Shown piece by piece: positions 12,749-27,647 of a stretch of 64,000 nucleotides of DNA. The position numbers and the translations under genes are program-made. Positions within the stretch are counted from its first letter, which is position 1; every line of letters starts with the position of its first letter. Source of the DNA: Gammaproteobacteria bacterium (lineage in GTDB: Bacteria; Pseudomonadota; Gammaproteobacteria; JACCXJ01); the NCBI GenBank assembly GCA_050740695.1, contig JBOIDR010000007.1, forward strand, positions 5,643 through 69,642. The letters are read 5' to 3'. The notes beneath the pieces were generated by a model. It was not told the origin of the DNA. It saw only the letters and a list, made by a program, of their open reading frames with translations, and ran no database searches.

Positions 12749-14851
12749 TCAGGGCCTGTTCTGTTTGATCACTGCTTCGGCGATGCCAGCCGGCGCTTCC
12801 GAATACCGGCCGAACTCCATGGTATAGGTGGCCCGCCCCTGCGTCGCGGAGCGAAGATCGGTGGCATACCCGAACATCTCCGCGAGCGGCACCTCGGCAC
12901 GGATGATGCGCCCGGCGGGCGAGCCCTCCGTGCCGTGCAATACCCCACGGCGGCGATTGAGGTCTCCGCTCACGCTCCCGAGATAGTCCTCCGGGGTCAC
13001 CACCTCGACTTTCATCACGGGCTCCAAGAGCACCGGCTTGCCGCGCGCGGCACCGTCCTTGAAGGCCATCGAGCCCGCGATCTTGAACGCGATCTCGTTC
13101 GAGTCGACCTCGTGGAACGAGCCGTCGTAGACGGCCACCCGCACATCCACGACCGGATAGCCCGCGAGCACGCCATTGCCGAGCTGCTCCCGCACCCCCT
13201 TCTCGATAGCGGGGATATATTCCCTGGGGATCACCCCACCCACGATGTCGTTCACGAACTCGAATCCCGCCCCGGCCTCCATGGGCTCGACTCTTAGGAT
13301 CACGTGACCGTATTGCCCGCGCCCGCCGGACTGCCTGACGAAGCGGCCTTCGGCCTTTTCCACCACCTTGCGGATGGTCTCGCGGTACGCCACCTGGGGT
13401 CGACCGACATTCGCCTCGACCTTGAATTCGCGCCGCATCCGCTCGACGATGATCTCTAGGTGGAGCTCCCCCATCCCGGAGATGATTGTCTGGCCGGACT
13501 CCAGATCGGAGGCGACGCGGAACGAGGGGTCTTCGGTCGCGAGCCTCGAGAGCGCGAGCCCCATCTTCTCCTGATCGGCCTTGGTCTTGGGCTCCACGGC
13601 GACGGCGATCACGGGCTCGGGGAACTCCATGCGCTCGAGGGTGATGCGACCATTGGGGGTGCACAGCGTATCACCCGTGGTGACATCCTTGAGCCCCACC
13701 GCGGCCGCGATATCGCCGGCGCGCACCTCCTTTATCTCCTCGCGCGAATTGGCGTGCATCTGCAACAGACGCCCGATGCGTTCCTTCTTGCTCTTGACCG
13801 GGTTGAACACCGTATCGCCGCTCTGCAGCACCCCGGAATACACGCGGAAAAAGGTCAGGGTGCCGACGAACGGGTCGCTCATGATCTTGAAGGCTAGCGC
13901 CGCATAAGGGGCGTCATCCGTCGCCGGCCTCGCGGCCTCGGTCGCGCCATCTTCGAGGATGCCTTTGATCGGCGGGATATCCACGGGGGCCGGCAGGAAA
14001 TCGATCACCGCATCGAGCAGCAATTGGACGCCCTTGTTCTTGAAGGCGGAGCCGCACACCACCGGCACGACCTCGTTGCTCAAGGTGCGGGCCCGGAGGC
14101 CGCGCCGGATCTCCTCGGACGAGAGGGTCCCTTCTTCCAGGTACTTCTCGGTGAGGGTCTCGCTGGCCTCGGCGGCCGCTTCCAGGAGCCGGTCGCGCCA
14201 CTCCGTGCACAGATCGACCATGCCGCTCGGGATCTCGCGCTCCTCGGTGCGCATCCCGAGCGACTCCCGATCCCAGGTGATGGCCTTCATGCGAACGAGA
14301 TCGACCGCCCCTTCGAACTTGTCCTCGGCCCCGATGGGGAGCTGCAAGGGGATCGCGCGACTGCCGAGCCGCTCGCGGATCTGTTGAACGACCCGCAGGT
14401 AGTCGGCGCCGGCCCGATCCATCTTGTTCACGAAGGCGAGGCGCGGCACCCGGTATTTATTGGCCTGCCTCCAGACGGTCTCGGACTGTGGCTCGACGCC
14501 GCCCACCGCACAGAACACCCCGACAGCGCCGTCCAGGACCCGCAGGGAACGCTCGACCTCGATGGTGAAGTCCACGTGCCCCGGCGTGTCGATGATGTTG
14601 ATGCGATGCTCGGGATACTGGCCCGTCATGCCGCTCCAAAAACAGGTGGTGGCGGCGGCCGTGATGGTGATCCCGCGCTCCTGCTCCTGTTCCATCCAAT
14701 CCATGGTGGCCGCCCCGTCATGGACCTCACCGAGCTTGTGGGACACACCCGTGTAATACAGGATGCGCTCGGTGGTCGTGGTCTTGCCGGCATCGATATG
14801 GGCCATGATACCGATGTTCCGGTAACGTTCGATGGGCGTTGCGCGTGGCAC
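12749..14851 (-). CDS. fusA: Elongation factor G
   Basis: 700 aa, …[26 protein letters not shown]…; consistent str operon order. Confidence 0.98.
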   Translation of the reverse strand: MPRATPIERYRNIGIMAHIDAGKTTTTERILYYTGVSHKLGEVHDGAATMDWMEQEQERGITITAAATTCFWSGMTGQYPEHRINIIDTPGHVDFTIEVERSLRVLDGAVGVFCAVGGVEPQSETVWRQANKYRVPRLAFVNKMDRAGADYLRVVQQIRERLGSRAIPLQLPIGAEDKFEGAVDLVRMKAITWDRESLGMRTEEREIPSGMVDLCTEWRDRLLEAAAEASETLTEKYLEEGTLSSEEIRRGLRARTLSNEVVPVVCGSAFKNKGVQLLLDAVIDFLPAPVDIPPIKGILEDGATEAARPATDDAPYAALAFKIMSDPFVGTLTFFRVYSGVLQSGDTVFNPVKSKKERIGRLLQMHANSREEIKEVRAGDIAAAVGLKDVTTGDTLCTPNGRITLERMEFPEPVIAVAVEPKTKADQEKMGLALSRLATEDPSFRVASDLESGQTIISGMGELHLEIIVERMRREFKVEANVGRPQVAYRETIRKVVEKAEGRFVRQSGGRGQYGHVILRVEPMEAGAGFEFVNDIVGGVIPREYIPAIEKGVREQLGNGVLAGYPVVDVRVAVYDGSFHEVDSNEIAFKIAGSMAFKDGAARGKPVLLEPVMKVEVVTPEDYLGSVSGDLNRRRGVLHGTEGSPAGRIIRAEVPLAEMFGYATDLRSATQGRATYTMEFGRYSEAPAGIAEAVIKQNRP

Positions 14852-14890
14852 AATTCAACTTCCGCTAAAGGTTCCCAGCGGGCGCGAACG

Positions 14891-15361
14891 CTACCAGCGG
14901 TAATGCGCGAAGGCCCGGTTGGCCTCGGCCATACGGTGCGTGTCTTCACGCTTTTTCACCGCCGCACCCTTGTTCTCGGCGGCATCCGCGACCTCCAGCG
15001 CGAGCCTGAGGCCCATGGTCTTTTCCCCACGTTTGCGCGCGATATCGACCAACCAGCGCATGGCCAGCGTGTTCCTGCGCTTGGCACGCACCTCGACCGG
15101 CACCTGGTAGGTGGCACCGCCCACGCGCCGCGACTTGACCTCGACCCGCGGTCGGATATTGTCCAGGGCCTGCTTGAACGCCGCCAAGGGATCGTTGTGC
15201 CCCTTGGTCGTCAGGTGATCGAGCGCCCCGTAAACGATCTTCTCCGCCAGCGATTTCTTGCCCGAAGACATCACCATGTTGATGAACTTCGCGATGGTGT
15301 CGTCGCCGTACTTGGGGTCCGGCAACACCACCCTTTTGGCAGCGACTCGGCGTCTCGACAT
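14891..15361 (-). CDS. rpsG: 30S ribosomal protein S7
   Basis: 156 aa, [20 protein letters not shown]…. Confidence 0.97.
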   Translation of the reverse strand: MSRRRVAAKRVVLPDPKYGDDTIAKFINMVMSSGKKSLAEKIVYGALDHLTTKGHNDPLAAFKQALDNIRPRVEVKSRRVGGATYQVPVEVRAKRRNTLAMRWLVDIARKRGEKTMGLRLALEVADAAENKGAAVKKREDTHRMAEANRAFAHYRW

Positions 15362-15436
15362 GGTGCACCCCTCGTCTCTAGCGGTTCCTGAAGTACTGAA
15401 CGCTGACTATAGAGAAGTGGAAAAATCAGAAACCGC

Positions 15437-15811
15437 TCAGGACTTGGGCCGCTTGGCCCCGTACTTGGAGCGACCCTGCCGGCGATCCGAGACGCCCGAG
15501 GTGTCCAAGGTCCCACGCACCGTATGGTAACGAACCCCGGGCAGGTCCTTGACGCGACCGCCACGGATCAGGATCACGGAATGCTCCTGGAGGTTATGGC
15601 CTTCCCCGCCAATATAGGTCGTGACCTCGAAGCCGTTGGTCAAGCGCACCCTGGCCACCTTACGTAAGGCCGAGTTGGGCTTCTTGGGCGTCGTCGTGTA
15701 GACACGCGTACACACCCCGCGCTTCTGCGGACAGCTGGCCAAAGCAGGGACCGCGCTCTTGTCACGCTGCCGCTTGCGCGGTTTTCTCACCAGTTGATTG
15801 ATCGTCGCCAT
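15437..15811 (-). CDS. rpsL: 30S ribosomal protein S12
   Basis: 124 aa, [24 protein letters not shown]… within track ORF 15437..15919. Confidence 0.97.
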   Translation of the reverse strand: MATINQLVRKPRKRQRDKSAVPALASCPQKRGVCTRVYTTTPKKPNSALRKVARVRLTNGFEVTTYIGGEGHNLQEHSVILIRGGRVKDLPGVRYHTVRGTLDTSGVSDRRQGRSKYGAKRPKS

Positions 15812-15930
15812 GCGTGCTGAACGATAGAACGTATCGGGCCCCTTACCCGCCCCACCTGATCTTTCCCGCCGAATCATTCCCCCGAGATCGTTCCCAGGGG
15901 AACATGCCCGGCGGAACATTCTTAGTTCGA

Positions 15931-15962
15931 CAAAAAAACAGGCGGGATCACTCCAGCCTGTC
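15931..15962 (-). terminator. Rho-independent terminator upstream of rpsL, probably the ancestral rpoBC terminator
   Basis: The minus strand reads ACAGGCTGGAGTGATCCCGCCTGT followed by TTTTTTT. The stem is about 10 bp with one mismatch around a 4-nt loop. The A-run on the plus strand is at 15932..15938. Confidence 0.6.
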
Positions 15963-16062
15963 GGAGAAGCGCCGGTCCGTCGGAGGAACGCCCACCCACT
16001 TCATCGAAGAACAGCGATTCTAGTAACCTTTCCTACCGCCTGTCAAGGAGCGCCGGATTATT

Positions 16063-16097
16063 CCCTCCCCCTGCCAGGGGGAGGGCTAGGGTGGGGG
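16063..16097. repeat. REP-like hairpin, family A
   Basis: ccctccccctg / cagggggaggg inverted arms followed by ctagggtggggg. Confidence 0.7.
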
Positions 16098-16132
16098 TCG
16101 AGCGTCGCACCAGCTCTGAGAGACTCAACCCC

Positions 16133-16165
16133 ATCCTAGCCTTCCCCCTACCACCCAGGGGGAAG
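16133..16165. repeat. REP-like hairpin, family A variant
   Basis: cttccccct (16141..16149) and agggggaag (16157..16165) flank a 7-nt loop. Confidence 0.6.
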
Positions 16166-16181
16166 GGATGAGCGGCATCGA

Positions 16182-16305
16182 CCGCACTGGCAACGACCAC
16201 GCCCCTCGGGGCAATCAAGCCCTCTGGGTACGTCCCTCGCGCGGCTCGGCCGGCGGGAGGACTACTGCCTCTTCCGCAGCCCCCGCTTGCTCGGAGGAAG
16301 CTGGC
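16182..16305 (-). pseudogene. Displaced, diverged duplicate of the rpoC 3' end (last ~27 codons, stop, and ~33 nt downstream)
   Basis: The minus strand reads [26 protein letters not shown]. The genuine rpoC end at 17890.. reads [25 protein letters not shown]. At nucleotide level it aligns to 17857..17975, with a shared core gcactggcaacgacca…atcaagccctctgggtacg.cccctcgcgcggctcgg. Confidence 0.8.
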
Positions 16306-16444
16306 TTCTGCGCAGGTGCTGCCACAGCAGCGACTCCTCTTCGGTGGGGTAGTTTCGCATTTGACGAGCATGGAGATTAGGCATTGGCTGGGCGGGCGGC
16401 TCGTGCAGACCAATTCAAGGTGCGCTGCGCGGTTGTTTGATCGC

Positions 16445-16478
16445 CCACGCCCTAACCCCCCTCCCGACGGGAGGGGGA
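16445..16478. repeat. REP-like hairpin, family A (opposite orientation)
   Basis: cacgccctaaccc head followed by ccccctcccg / cgggaggggg arms. The layout matches the copy at 27589..27619. Confidence 0.7.
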
Positions 16479-16577
16479 AGATTGCGCTATGAGAAGGGCC
16501 TCAAGTCCGTTACGATCGCGTATGTTCGTACTTCCTTGAATAAGCACAGATAACCACGGCCTGAGAGGTTCGCCGAG

Positions 16578-17165
16578 ATGCGCTCCGAGCTCGCCGCCTT
16601 CGGTGAGATGGCCTCTCAGCTCGCCAATCCCTTGGTCCTCATCGGACTGGCGCTCCTGCTCTTCTTTGGCGTTCATCGGGCACTCCTGCGCTCGGGGATC
16701 CTGCCGCCCGTCGATCGAAGGACGAGCGGCGTCATCGTTCAATCCCTGCTGCGCTACGGCTTCTGGATCGCGGTGCTCCTCATCGTGCTCGGCATTGGGT
16801 ATGCCGGGTACAAGACCCACCGTGAGACGCAACTGGCGATCGTCAATGCCGAAACGGTGAGCACTGCGTCAAGGAAGCCCTCGCCGCGTTGGCGCGGGGA
16901 CAGACCGAGGCGGCCAAGGGAATTTTCGCGAAGACCGTCGAGTCGAAGGCGTCCGAAGGAGCGGCAGGAGCTGCCGCGAAACGCGAGGCCGCCGAGGCGG
17001 CGCGGCACCTCGGGGCCCCTCCAGACCAAAGACCTCCAGATGCAGGAATACCAAGATCGGCACAAGGCGCTTACCGAAGCGGTCCAGGCCCTGGCAAAGA
17101 AACAGAATGCCCCCGGCGGTGGCCCCGGCTCGACCGGGGTGAGCAAGAGCATGGGCGCTGCGTGA
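16578..17165 (+). pseudogene. Hypothetical membrane protein, probably disrupted by two compensating frameshifts
   Basis: The N-terminus has two hydrophobic helices (…NPLVLIGLALLLFFGV… and …YGFWIAVLLIVLGIGYAGY…). The middle of the ORF is an Arg/Pro-rich stretch typical of an out-of-frame read. The alternative frame (16889..) reads a plausible EALAALARGQTEAAKGIFAKTVESK…AAKREAAEAARHLGA. The original frame resumes with …QEYQDRHKALTEAVQALAKKQ…. Confidence 0.4.
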
Positions 17166-17296
17166 GATCATCCCCCCGCCCCCGCGGCGGAGGCGCCGCG
17201 GCGGCGGGGGGATGAGCGCCTCATCGGGGCGCCATTTGCCGAGCCGAGACCGAGCTCGGAAAGCGGGCACGTTGTACGATGTGGTAACATCGCACC

Positions 17297-17437
17297 ATGG
17301 CCCACACCGAAGTCACCGAACGTTATTCGATCCAGCTAGGCAACCGCGGCCGACTCGTCCTACCTGCCGAGGTACAGCATCGCCGTCTCGGGGAAGAACT
17401 GATCGCCGAGCGCCGGGCAGAGGCCGCCCGTGAGTGA
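17297..17437 (+). CDS. vapB: Short AbrB/SpoVT-type antitoxin (VapB-like), 46 aa; not in the ORF track
   Basis: ATG at 17297. The translation is MAHTEVTERYSIQLGNRGRLVLPAEVQHRRLGEELIAERRAEAARE*. The GRLVLPAEV motif is the AbrB-type looped hinge. It overlaps the vapC GTG by 8 nt. Confidence 0.6.
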   Translation: MAHTEVTERYSIQLGNRGRLVLPAEVQHRRLGEELIAERRAEAARE

Positions 17438-17831
17438 GGTCGTTCTGGATGCGTCGGCGCTAGTGGCCTATCTCAATGACGAACCGGGTGCCGAAGCGGT
17501 CGAAGAAGCCTTGGCGCGAGCGGCCCGCATCGGGGCGGCCAACTGGGCGGAAGTGCTCTCCAAAGCAGCGGAGAACGGGGTGGATCCGGAGGCCTTCATT
17601 CGCGAGATCAAGGCGCGCGGCATCCTGGATCAAACCCTTGAGGTCGTGCCCCTCCTGCCGGAAGATGGGCCGGTGATCGCCCGCCTGCGGCCCTTGACCA
17701 AGGCGGCGGGCCTATCCTTGGGAGACCGCGCCTGCCTGGCGCTGGCACTGCGGCTGAGCCTGCCGGTCCTGACCACCGATCGCGAATGGCAGAGGCTCGA
17801 TCTAGGTGTCGAGGTGCGTACCGCGCGCTGA
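17430..17831 (+). CDS. vapC: PIN-domain ribonuclease toxin VapC
   Basis: 133 aa, MSEVVLDASALVAYLNDEPGAE…LSLGDRACLALA…VLTTDREW…. Acidic residues (D7, TTD) are spaced as in PIN domains. Confidence 0.85.
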   Translation: MSEVVLDASALVAYLNDEPGAEAVEEALARAARIGAANWAEVLSKAAENGVDPEAFIREIKARGILDQTLEVVPLLPEDGPVIARLRPLTKAAGLSLGDRACLALALRLSLPVLTTDREWQRLDLGVEVRTAR

Positions 17832-17889
17832 AGGGACCCAGAGAAGAGCCGGAGCGCCGCACTGGCAACGACCAAGCCCACCGGGGCGA

Positions 17890-22107
<4,218 letters not shown>

Positions 22108-22189
22108 GATAATGCCTCCGCGAACACGGCGCCTCTGTCGCCCATTTTCTTTGCCTCTATTTTGGTACGGTATCGAAGCGCGCTATCCG

Positions 22190-25100
22190 TCAACGCTGTT
22201 CCAGATCGACGTCGATCCCGAGCGAACGCAGCTCTTTGAGCAGGACGTTGAACGACTCGGGCATGCCGGCTTGCATGCGATGGTCCCCATCGACGATGTT
22301 CTTGTACATCCGGGTGCGGCCGCTCACGTCGTCGGACTTGACCGTCAGCATCTCCTGCAAGGTATACGCGGCACCGTAGGCCTCCAGCGCCCAGACCTCC
22401 ATCTCGCCGAAGCGCTGTCCCCCGAACTGGGCCTTTCCGCCGAGCGGTTGCTGGGTGACGAGGCTGTAGGGGCCGGTGGAGCGCGCGTGCATCTTGTCAT
22501 CGACCAGGTGGTTAAGCTTCAACATGTACATGTAACCGACCGTGACCGGCCGATCGAAGGCCTGACCCGTGCGGCCATCACGCAGCACGGTCTGTCCCGA
22601 TACCGGCAGGCCCGCCAGCTCCAGCATGGCCTTGATCTCGACATCGGAGGCGCCATCGAACACCGGAGTGGACACCGGCAAACCGCTTTGTAGATTATTG
22701 GCGAGCATTTCCACCTCGTCGTCGTCGAGCGAGTCGAGGTCGACGCCTCGGCCGCCGCCGTTATATGCCCGCCCCAGGAGCTCGCGGATCTCGTTCACCT
22801 CGGCGAAGGACTCACAGAGCCTGCGGATCTTGTCCCCGATGCCCTTGGCGGCCCAGCCCAGATGCGCCTCGAGCACTTGCCCGACGTTCATGCGCGAGGG
22901 CACCCCGAGCGGGTTCAAGACGATGTCGATCGGGGTCCCATCCTGCATGAACGGCATATCCTCTACGGGGATGATGGTCGATACTACGCCCTTGTTTCCA
23001 TGGCGTCCGGCCATCTTGTCGCCGGGTTGGACGCGGCGCTTGACCGCCAGGTAGACCTTGACCATCTTGAGCACGCCGGGCGCGAGATCATCGCCCTGGG
23101 TAAGCTTGGCCTTCTTTTCCTCGAAGCGCCGATCGAAATCGTGCCGCTGTTGCTGGACCTTGCTCGCATAGGCCTCGAGCTGGGACTGTGGCTCCTCGTC
23201 GCGCAGGCGGATCGACAACCATTTTTCACGCTTGATCTCGCCGAGATAGGACTTGGCCACACGCGTGCCCGACTTGAGCCCGCCCGGCCCGCCGTCCGCG
23301 ATCTTGTCAAGGATGAGACGCTCGACCCGCTCGTAGAGGTCGTCTTCGCGGATACGAAGCTCATCGTCGAGATCCTGCCGGATCCCGCTCAAGCCCGCCT
23401 TTTCGATCTCGAGAGCGCGCGAATCCTTGTCCACTCCGTCTCGGGTGAACACGTGTACGTCGATCACGGTCCCGTTCATCCCGGAGGGGACGCGCAGGGA
23501 GGTGTCTTTCACGTCCGAGGCCTTTTCGCCGAAGATGGCGCGCAGGAGTTTCTCCTCTGGTGTCAACTGGGTCTCCCCCTTGGGGGTGACCTTGCCGACC
23601 AGGATGTCCCCGGCGCCGACCTCGGCGCCGACGTACACGATGCCCGCCTGATCGAGCTTCGAGAGCGCGCCCTCGCTGACATTGGGGATGTCGGCGGTGA
23701 TCTCCTCGGGCCCGAGCTTGGTGTCCCGGGCAACGCAGGTCAGCTCCTCGATATGGATGCTCGTGAAACGATCCTCCTCGACGACGCGCTCCGAGATCAC
23801 GATCGAGTCCTCGAAGTTGTAGCCGTTCCATGGCATGAAGGCGACCAATACGTTTTGTCCCAGCGCCAGATCGCCGAGATCGGTCGCAGGACCGTCCGCC
23901 AGCACGTCGCCTCCCGCGATGCGATCGCCCGGTTTCACCAGGGGCTTCTGGTTGATGCAGGTATTCTGGTTGGAGCGCGTGTACTTGGTGAGATTGTAGA
24001 TATCCACCCCGGGCTCGGCCCCCCGGGTATCCTCGTCCTCGCAGCGCACCACGATGCGGCTCGCGTCCACGGAATCGACGACCCCCGCACGACTCGCGAC
24101 CACCACGACGCCGGAATCGATGGCCACGGCGCGCTCCATGCCGGTACCGACCAGCGGCCGGTCGGTCCGCAGGGTCGGCACCGCCTGACGCTGCATGTTG
24201 GAGCCCATGAGCGCGCGGTTGGCATCGTCATGCTCGAGAAATGGGATCAGCGAAGCCGCGACCGATACGATCTGTTTGGGCGAGACGTCCATGTACTGGA
24301 CCTTGTCCGGCGTCGAGAGCATGAACTCGTTCTGGAAACGGCACGAGACCAGATCGTCGATGAGGCGCCCGTCCTCGTCCAGCTTGGCATTGGCCTGGGC
24401 GATCACGAACTGCCCCTCCTCGATGGCCGAGAGATATTCGACCCGATCCGTGACCTTGGCGTCCGACACCTTGCGGTAAGGCGTCTCGAGAAAACCGTAG
24501 CGGTTGGTCTTGGCATATACCGCCAGCGAATTGATAAGGCCGATGTTCGGGCCCTCGGGCGTCTCGATGGGACACACGCGCCCGTAATGAGTCGGGTGGA
24601 CATCGCGCACCTCGAACCCGGCGCGCTCGCGCGTCAGGCCGCCGGGCCCGAGCGCGGAGATACGGCGCTTGTGGGTGACCTCCGAGAGGGGGTTGTTCTG
24701 GTCCATGAACTGCGAGAGCTGGCTGGAACCGAAGAATTCCTTGATCACGGCCGACACCGGTTTCGCGTTGATGAGCTCCTGGGGCATCGTCCCCTCGGAC
24801 TCCGCTAGGGTCAAACGCTCTTTGACCGCACGCTCCACGCGCACGAGACCGATCCGGAACTGATTCTCGACCATTTCCCCGACGCTGCGAACGCGGCGGT
24901 TACCGAGGTGATCGATATCATCGACGGTGCCGATGCCGTTGCGAACGCCGATCAGCACCTTGAGCACATCGACGATGTCCTCCTTGGACAGGACATTGGG
25001 TCCGGTGGATTCGCTCCGCCCGACGCGCCGATTGAATTTCATTCGACCTACCGCCGAGAGATCGTAGCGATCGGCGCTGAAGAACAGGTTATTGAACAGG

Positions 25101-26266
25101 TTCTCGGCGGCCTCCTTGGTCGGAGGCTCGCCGGGCCGCATCATGCGGTAGATCTCGACCTGGGCTTCGAGCGCCGTACGCGTCGTATCGATGCGCAAGG
25201 TCTCCGAGATATAAGGGCCTCGATCGAGGTCGTTGACATAGAGCGTCTTGACCTCCGGGATCCCGATGTCGCTGAGCTTATCGAGGATCTCACCGGTGAG
25301 CACGGCATTCGCCTGGACGACGGGATCCCCGGTGCTCGTATCGACCACCTCGGTCGCCACCACCTTGCCCACGAGATACTCGCCCGGGACCCGCACCTCA
25401 TTGAGCCCGGCCTTGTGCAAGGCGCTCACGTGGCGCATGGTGATGCGGCGGTCTTTCTCGACGATGACCTCGCCCTCCTCGTCCGTGAGGTCGAACGACA
25501 ACGTCTCGCCGCGCAGCCGCTCCGGGAGCAGCTCCATGCGGATCCCGTGGCGGGAGAGCGAAAACGCGGTGGTCTCGAAGAACGTTGCCAGCATCTCCGC
25601 GGCGCTGTAGCCGAGGGCACGCAAGAGCACAGTCGCCGGGATCTTGCGTCTGCGATCGATGCGCACGTAGATATGGTCCTTGTGGTCGAACTCGAAATCG
25701 AGCCACGAACCGCGGTAGGGGATCACCCGGGCGGAGTACAGGAGCTTGCCCGAGGAATGGGTCTTGCCCTTGTCGTGCTCGAAGAACACGCCGGGAGACC
25801 GGTGCAACTGCGAGACGATGACTCGCTCGGTGCCGTTGATCACGAACGTCCCGTTCGTGGTCATAAGCGGTAACTCGCCCATGTAGACCTCCTGTTCCTT
25901 GATGTCCTTGACGGTCTTGGCGGCGCCCGACTCACGGTCATAGATGACCAGGCGCACCTTGACCCTGAGCGGCGCCGCGTAGGTCACACCGCGGATCTGA
26001 CACTCCTTGACATCGAAGACCGGCGTCCCGAGACGATAGCTCACGTAATCGAGCGCCGCGTTGCCCGAATAGCTCACGATCGGAAACACCGATTTGAACG
26101 CCGCGTGCAGACCGGCCTCTACCCGCTCCGCCGGGGCCAGCTCCGCCTGCAGGAAGGCATGATAGGACTCGATCTGCATGGCCAGGAGAAAAGGGGTATC
26201 GAGGATGCTCGGACGCTTGCCGAAGTCCTTCCGGATGCGCTTTTTCTCGGTGTAGGAATACGCCAT
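22190..26266 (-). CDS. rpoB: DNA-directed RNA polymerase subunit beta
   Basis: 1358 aa from [17 protein letters not shown]…. The track ORF has 9 extra upstream codons. Confidence 0.99.
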   Translation of the reverse strand: MAYSYTEKKRIRKDFGKRPSILDTPFLLAMQIESYHAFLQAELAPAERVEAGLHAAFKSVFPIVSYSGNAALDYVSYRLGTPVFDVKECQIRGVTYAAPLRVKVRLVIYDRESGAAKTVKDIKEQEVYMGELPLMTTNGTFVINGTERVIVSQLHRSPGVFFEHDKGKTHSSGKLLYSARVIPYRGSWLDFEFDHKDHIYVRIDRRRKIPATVLLRALGYSAAEMLATFFETTAFSLSRHGIRMELLPERLRGETLSFDLTDEEGEVIVEKDRRITMRHVSALHKAGLNEVRVPGEYLVGKVVATEVVDTSTGDPVVQANAVLTGEILDKLSDIGIPEVKTLYVNDLDRGPYISETLRIDTTRTALEAQVEIYRMMRPGEPPTKEAAENLFNNLFFSADRYDLSAVGRMKFNRRVGRSESTGPNVLSKEDIVDVLKVLIGVRNGIGTVDDIDHLGNRRVRSVGEMVENQFRIGLVRVERAVKERLTLAESEGTMPQELINAKPVSAVIKEFFGSSQLSQFMDQNNPLSEVTHKRRISALGPGGLTRERAGFEVRDVHPTHYGRVCPIETPEGPNIGLINSLAVYAKTNRYGFLETPYRKVSDAKVTDRVEYLSAIEEGQFVIAQANAKLDEDGRLIDDLVSCRFQNEFMLSTPDKVQYMDVSPKQIVSVAASLIPFLEHDDANRALMGSNMQRQAVPTLRTDRPLVGTGMERAVAIDSGVVVVASRAGVVDSVDASRIVVRCEDEDTRGAEPGVDIYNLTKYTRSNQNTCINQKPLVKPGDRIAGGDVLADGPATDLGDLALGQNVLVAFMPWNGYNFEDSIVISERVVEEDRFTSIHIEELTCVARDTKLGPEEITADIPNVSEGALSKLDQAGIVYVGAEVGAGDILVGKVTPKGETQLTPEEKLLRAIFGEKASDVKDTSLRVPSGMNGTVIDVHVFTRDGVDKDSRALEIEKAGLSGIRQDLDDELRIREDDLYERVERLILDKIADGGPGGLKSGTRVAKSYLGEIKREKWLSIRLRDEEPQSQLEAYASKVQQQRHDFDRRFEEKKAKLTQGDDLAPGVLKMVKVYLAVKRRVQPGDKMAGRHGNKGVVSTIIPVEDMPFMQDGTPIDIVLNPLGVPSRMNVGQVLEAHLGWAAKGIGDKIRRLCESFAEVNEIRELLGRAYNGGGRGVDLDSLDDDEVEMLANNLQSGLPVSTPVFDGASDVEIKAMLELAGLPVSGQTVLRDGRTGQAFDRPVTVGYMYMLKLNHLVDDKMHARSTGPYSLVTQQPLGGKAQFGGQRFGEMEVWALEAYGAAYTLQEMLTVKSDDVSGRTRMYKNIVDGDHRMQAGMPESFNVLLKELRSLGIDVDLEQR

Positions 26267-26320
26267 GTTCGCTCTCGTTCGCGAGTCAATCAAAGGGCAA
26301 GTTAATCAAGGACAAAGGGG

Positions 26321-26340
26321 CCGGTGGCTCGCGCCACCAG
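26321..26340 (-). terminator. rplL-rpoB intergenic attenuator hairpin
   Basis: The minus-strand RNA CUGGUGGC-GCGA-GCCACCGG gives an 8-bp stem followed by CCCCUUUGUC. Its position matches the known partial terminator between rplL and rpoB in E. coli. Confidence 0.4.
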
Positions 26341-26420
26341 CCGCGCTGAAACGTGCCGACCTTTGTGACGACCCCTATCCTGATACAGGCGGGCCCGTCG
26401 TGTGCGCGTCGCTACCGGCA

Positions 26421-26804
26421 CTATTTGATCTCGACCGTCGCGCCGGCCTCCACGAGCTGCTTCTTGACGTTTTCCGCCTCGTCCTTGGGCACCGCCTCCT
26501 TGACGGTCGCCGGAACGCCTTCGACGAGATCCTTCGCCTCCTTGAGACCGAGCCCGGTGAGCGCGCGCACGGCCTTGATCACACCCACCTTGTTTTCGCC
26601 GAAGCTCGTCATCACCACGTTGAACTCGGTCTTCTCCTCCTCGACCGGGGCCGCCACGGCCGCGGCGCCGCCACCCATCGCCGGGGCCATGGCGACGGCG
26701 GCGGAGACGCCGAATTTCTTCTCCATCGCCTCGACCAGCTCCACCACCTCGAGCACGTTCATATTGGCGACGGCTTCGATGATCTCTTCTTTGGACACTG
26801 CCAT
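26421..26804 (-). CDS. rplL: 50S ribosomal protein L7/L12
   Basis: [36 protein letters not shown]… (127 aa). The track ORF starts 3 codons earlier. Confidence 0.96.
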   Translation of the reverse strand: MAVSKEEIIEAVANMNVLEVVELVEAMEKKFGVSAAVAMAPAMGGGAAAVAAPVEEEKTEFNVVMTSFGENKVGVIKAVRALTGLGLKEAKDLVEGVPATVKEAVPKDEAENVKKQLVEAGATVEIK

Positions 26805-26883
26805 AATGATCAACTCCCAAAATAAACCCGTGGATCGTGCCGTAGGTATCCGGCTTTCAGTTAAACGTTCACAATAATGTTCC

Positions 26884-26992
26884 CGTCATGCCAGCGAAAG
26901 CTGGCATCCAGACACAGAGAAAAAAGCCTGGATTCCAGCCCCAGCTACAAGCATGCTGGGGTGACGATTTTGCGCTGGAATGACGAATTAGC
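26884..26992. repeat. Composite palindromic repeat, family B, in the rplJ-rplL spacer
   Basis: Hairpins atgccagc-gaaa-gctggcat (26888..26907) and ccccagc-tacaagcat-gctgggg (26938..26960) are nested in attccagc…gctggaat. It resembles the widespread gtcattcc.gcg…ggaatccag class of extragenic repeats. Confidence 0.65.
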
Positions 26993-27047
26993 AATAGCAT
27001 GACACCTTCGGTGATTCTGACGTAACTCGTATCGTTGAAACGATGTA

Positions 27048-27575
27048 CTAGGCGGCCTGCTTCCGGTCGCGCACGGCGGCGAGCACGCGCGCGAGGCCCG
27101 CATAGGGCTCGGCGAGCGTCTGCACCAGCTTCGAGATAGGGGCCTTCATGACCCCCATGAGCATGGCGAGCGCCTGGTCACGCGTCGGTAGGTAGACAAG
27201 CGACTTGAGGGCATCGGGCTCCAAGAGCTTGCCGCCGAACGACACCAGTTTCACGACCAACTTGTCGTTGGTCCGCGCGTACTCATCGATGACGCGCGCC
27301 GCAGCGCCGGGGTCGTCTCTCGAAAACGCCAGCACCAACGGACCGACGAGCCGCTCGGACATGCACTCGAAGCGACTCCCCGCGAGCGCACGTCGCGCCA
27401 GGGTATTGCGTACCACGCGCAGGTAGACGCCCTGTTTACGGGCGGCATCGCGGAGCGCGCTCATCCTGACCACCGACAGACCCGCATACTCACAGGCGAT
27501 CGCGGACTGCGCCTCTTGCGCCACCGCCGCGACCTCTCCGACGATCACCTTCTTTCGTTCCAGATCCAGGGCCAT
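27048..27575 (-). CDS. rplJ: 50S ribosomal protein L10
   Basis: 175 aa from MALDLERKKVIVGEVAAVAQEA…. The upstream 17 codons of the track ORF are a REP element. Confidence 0.95.
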   Translation of the reverse strand: MALDLERKKVIVGEVAAVAQEAQSAIACEYAGLSVVRMSALRDAARKQGVYLRVVRNTLARRALAGSRFECMSERLVGPLVLAFSRDDPGAAARVIDEYARTNDKLVVKLVSFGGKLLEPDALKSLVYLPTRDQALAMLMGVMKAPISKLVQTLAEPYAGLARVLAAVRDRKQAA

Positions 27576-27588
27576 TGTTTTTGATCCC

Positions 27589-27619
27589 CACACCCTAACC
27601 CTCTCCCGGAGGGAGAGGG
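27589..27619. repeat. REP-like hairpin, family A, in the rplJ leader
   Basis: cacaccctaacc head followed by ccctctccc-gga-gggagaggg. Confidence 0.75.
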
Positions 27620-27647
27620 GATCCAAGGAGGCGTTTTATCGCCACGG

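Larger units (their letters stand above)
16306..17856. mobile_element. ~1.55-kb inserted islet (vapBC plus broken membrane-protein gene) between rpoC and rpsL
   Basis: Bounded by the two diverged rpoC-3' copies (16182..16305 and 17857..17975). Its genes are on the opposite strand to the surrounding super-operon. No recombinase gene is present. Confidence 0.55.

Noticed and set aside
12738-13664. 308-aa minus-strand ORF overlapping fusA
   Set aside because: It is an alternative frame of fusA on the same strand with Arg/Gly-rich composition. EF-G occupies the real frame.
16033-16413. 126-aa minus-strand ORF in the rpoC-rpsL spacer
   Set aside because: It is built from two REP hairpins plus the orphan rpoC-3' copy read in the wrong frame.
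22862-24808. 648-aa plus-strand ORF
   Set aside because: Antisense to rpoB, with the same compositional artefact.
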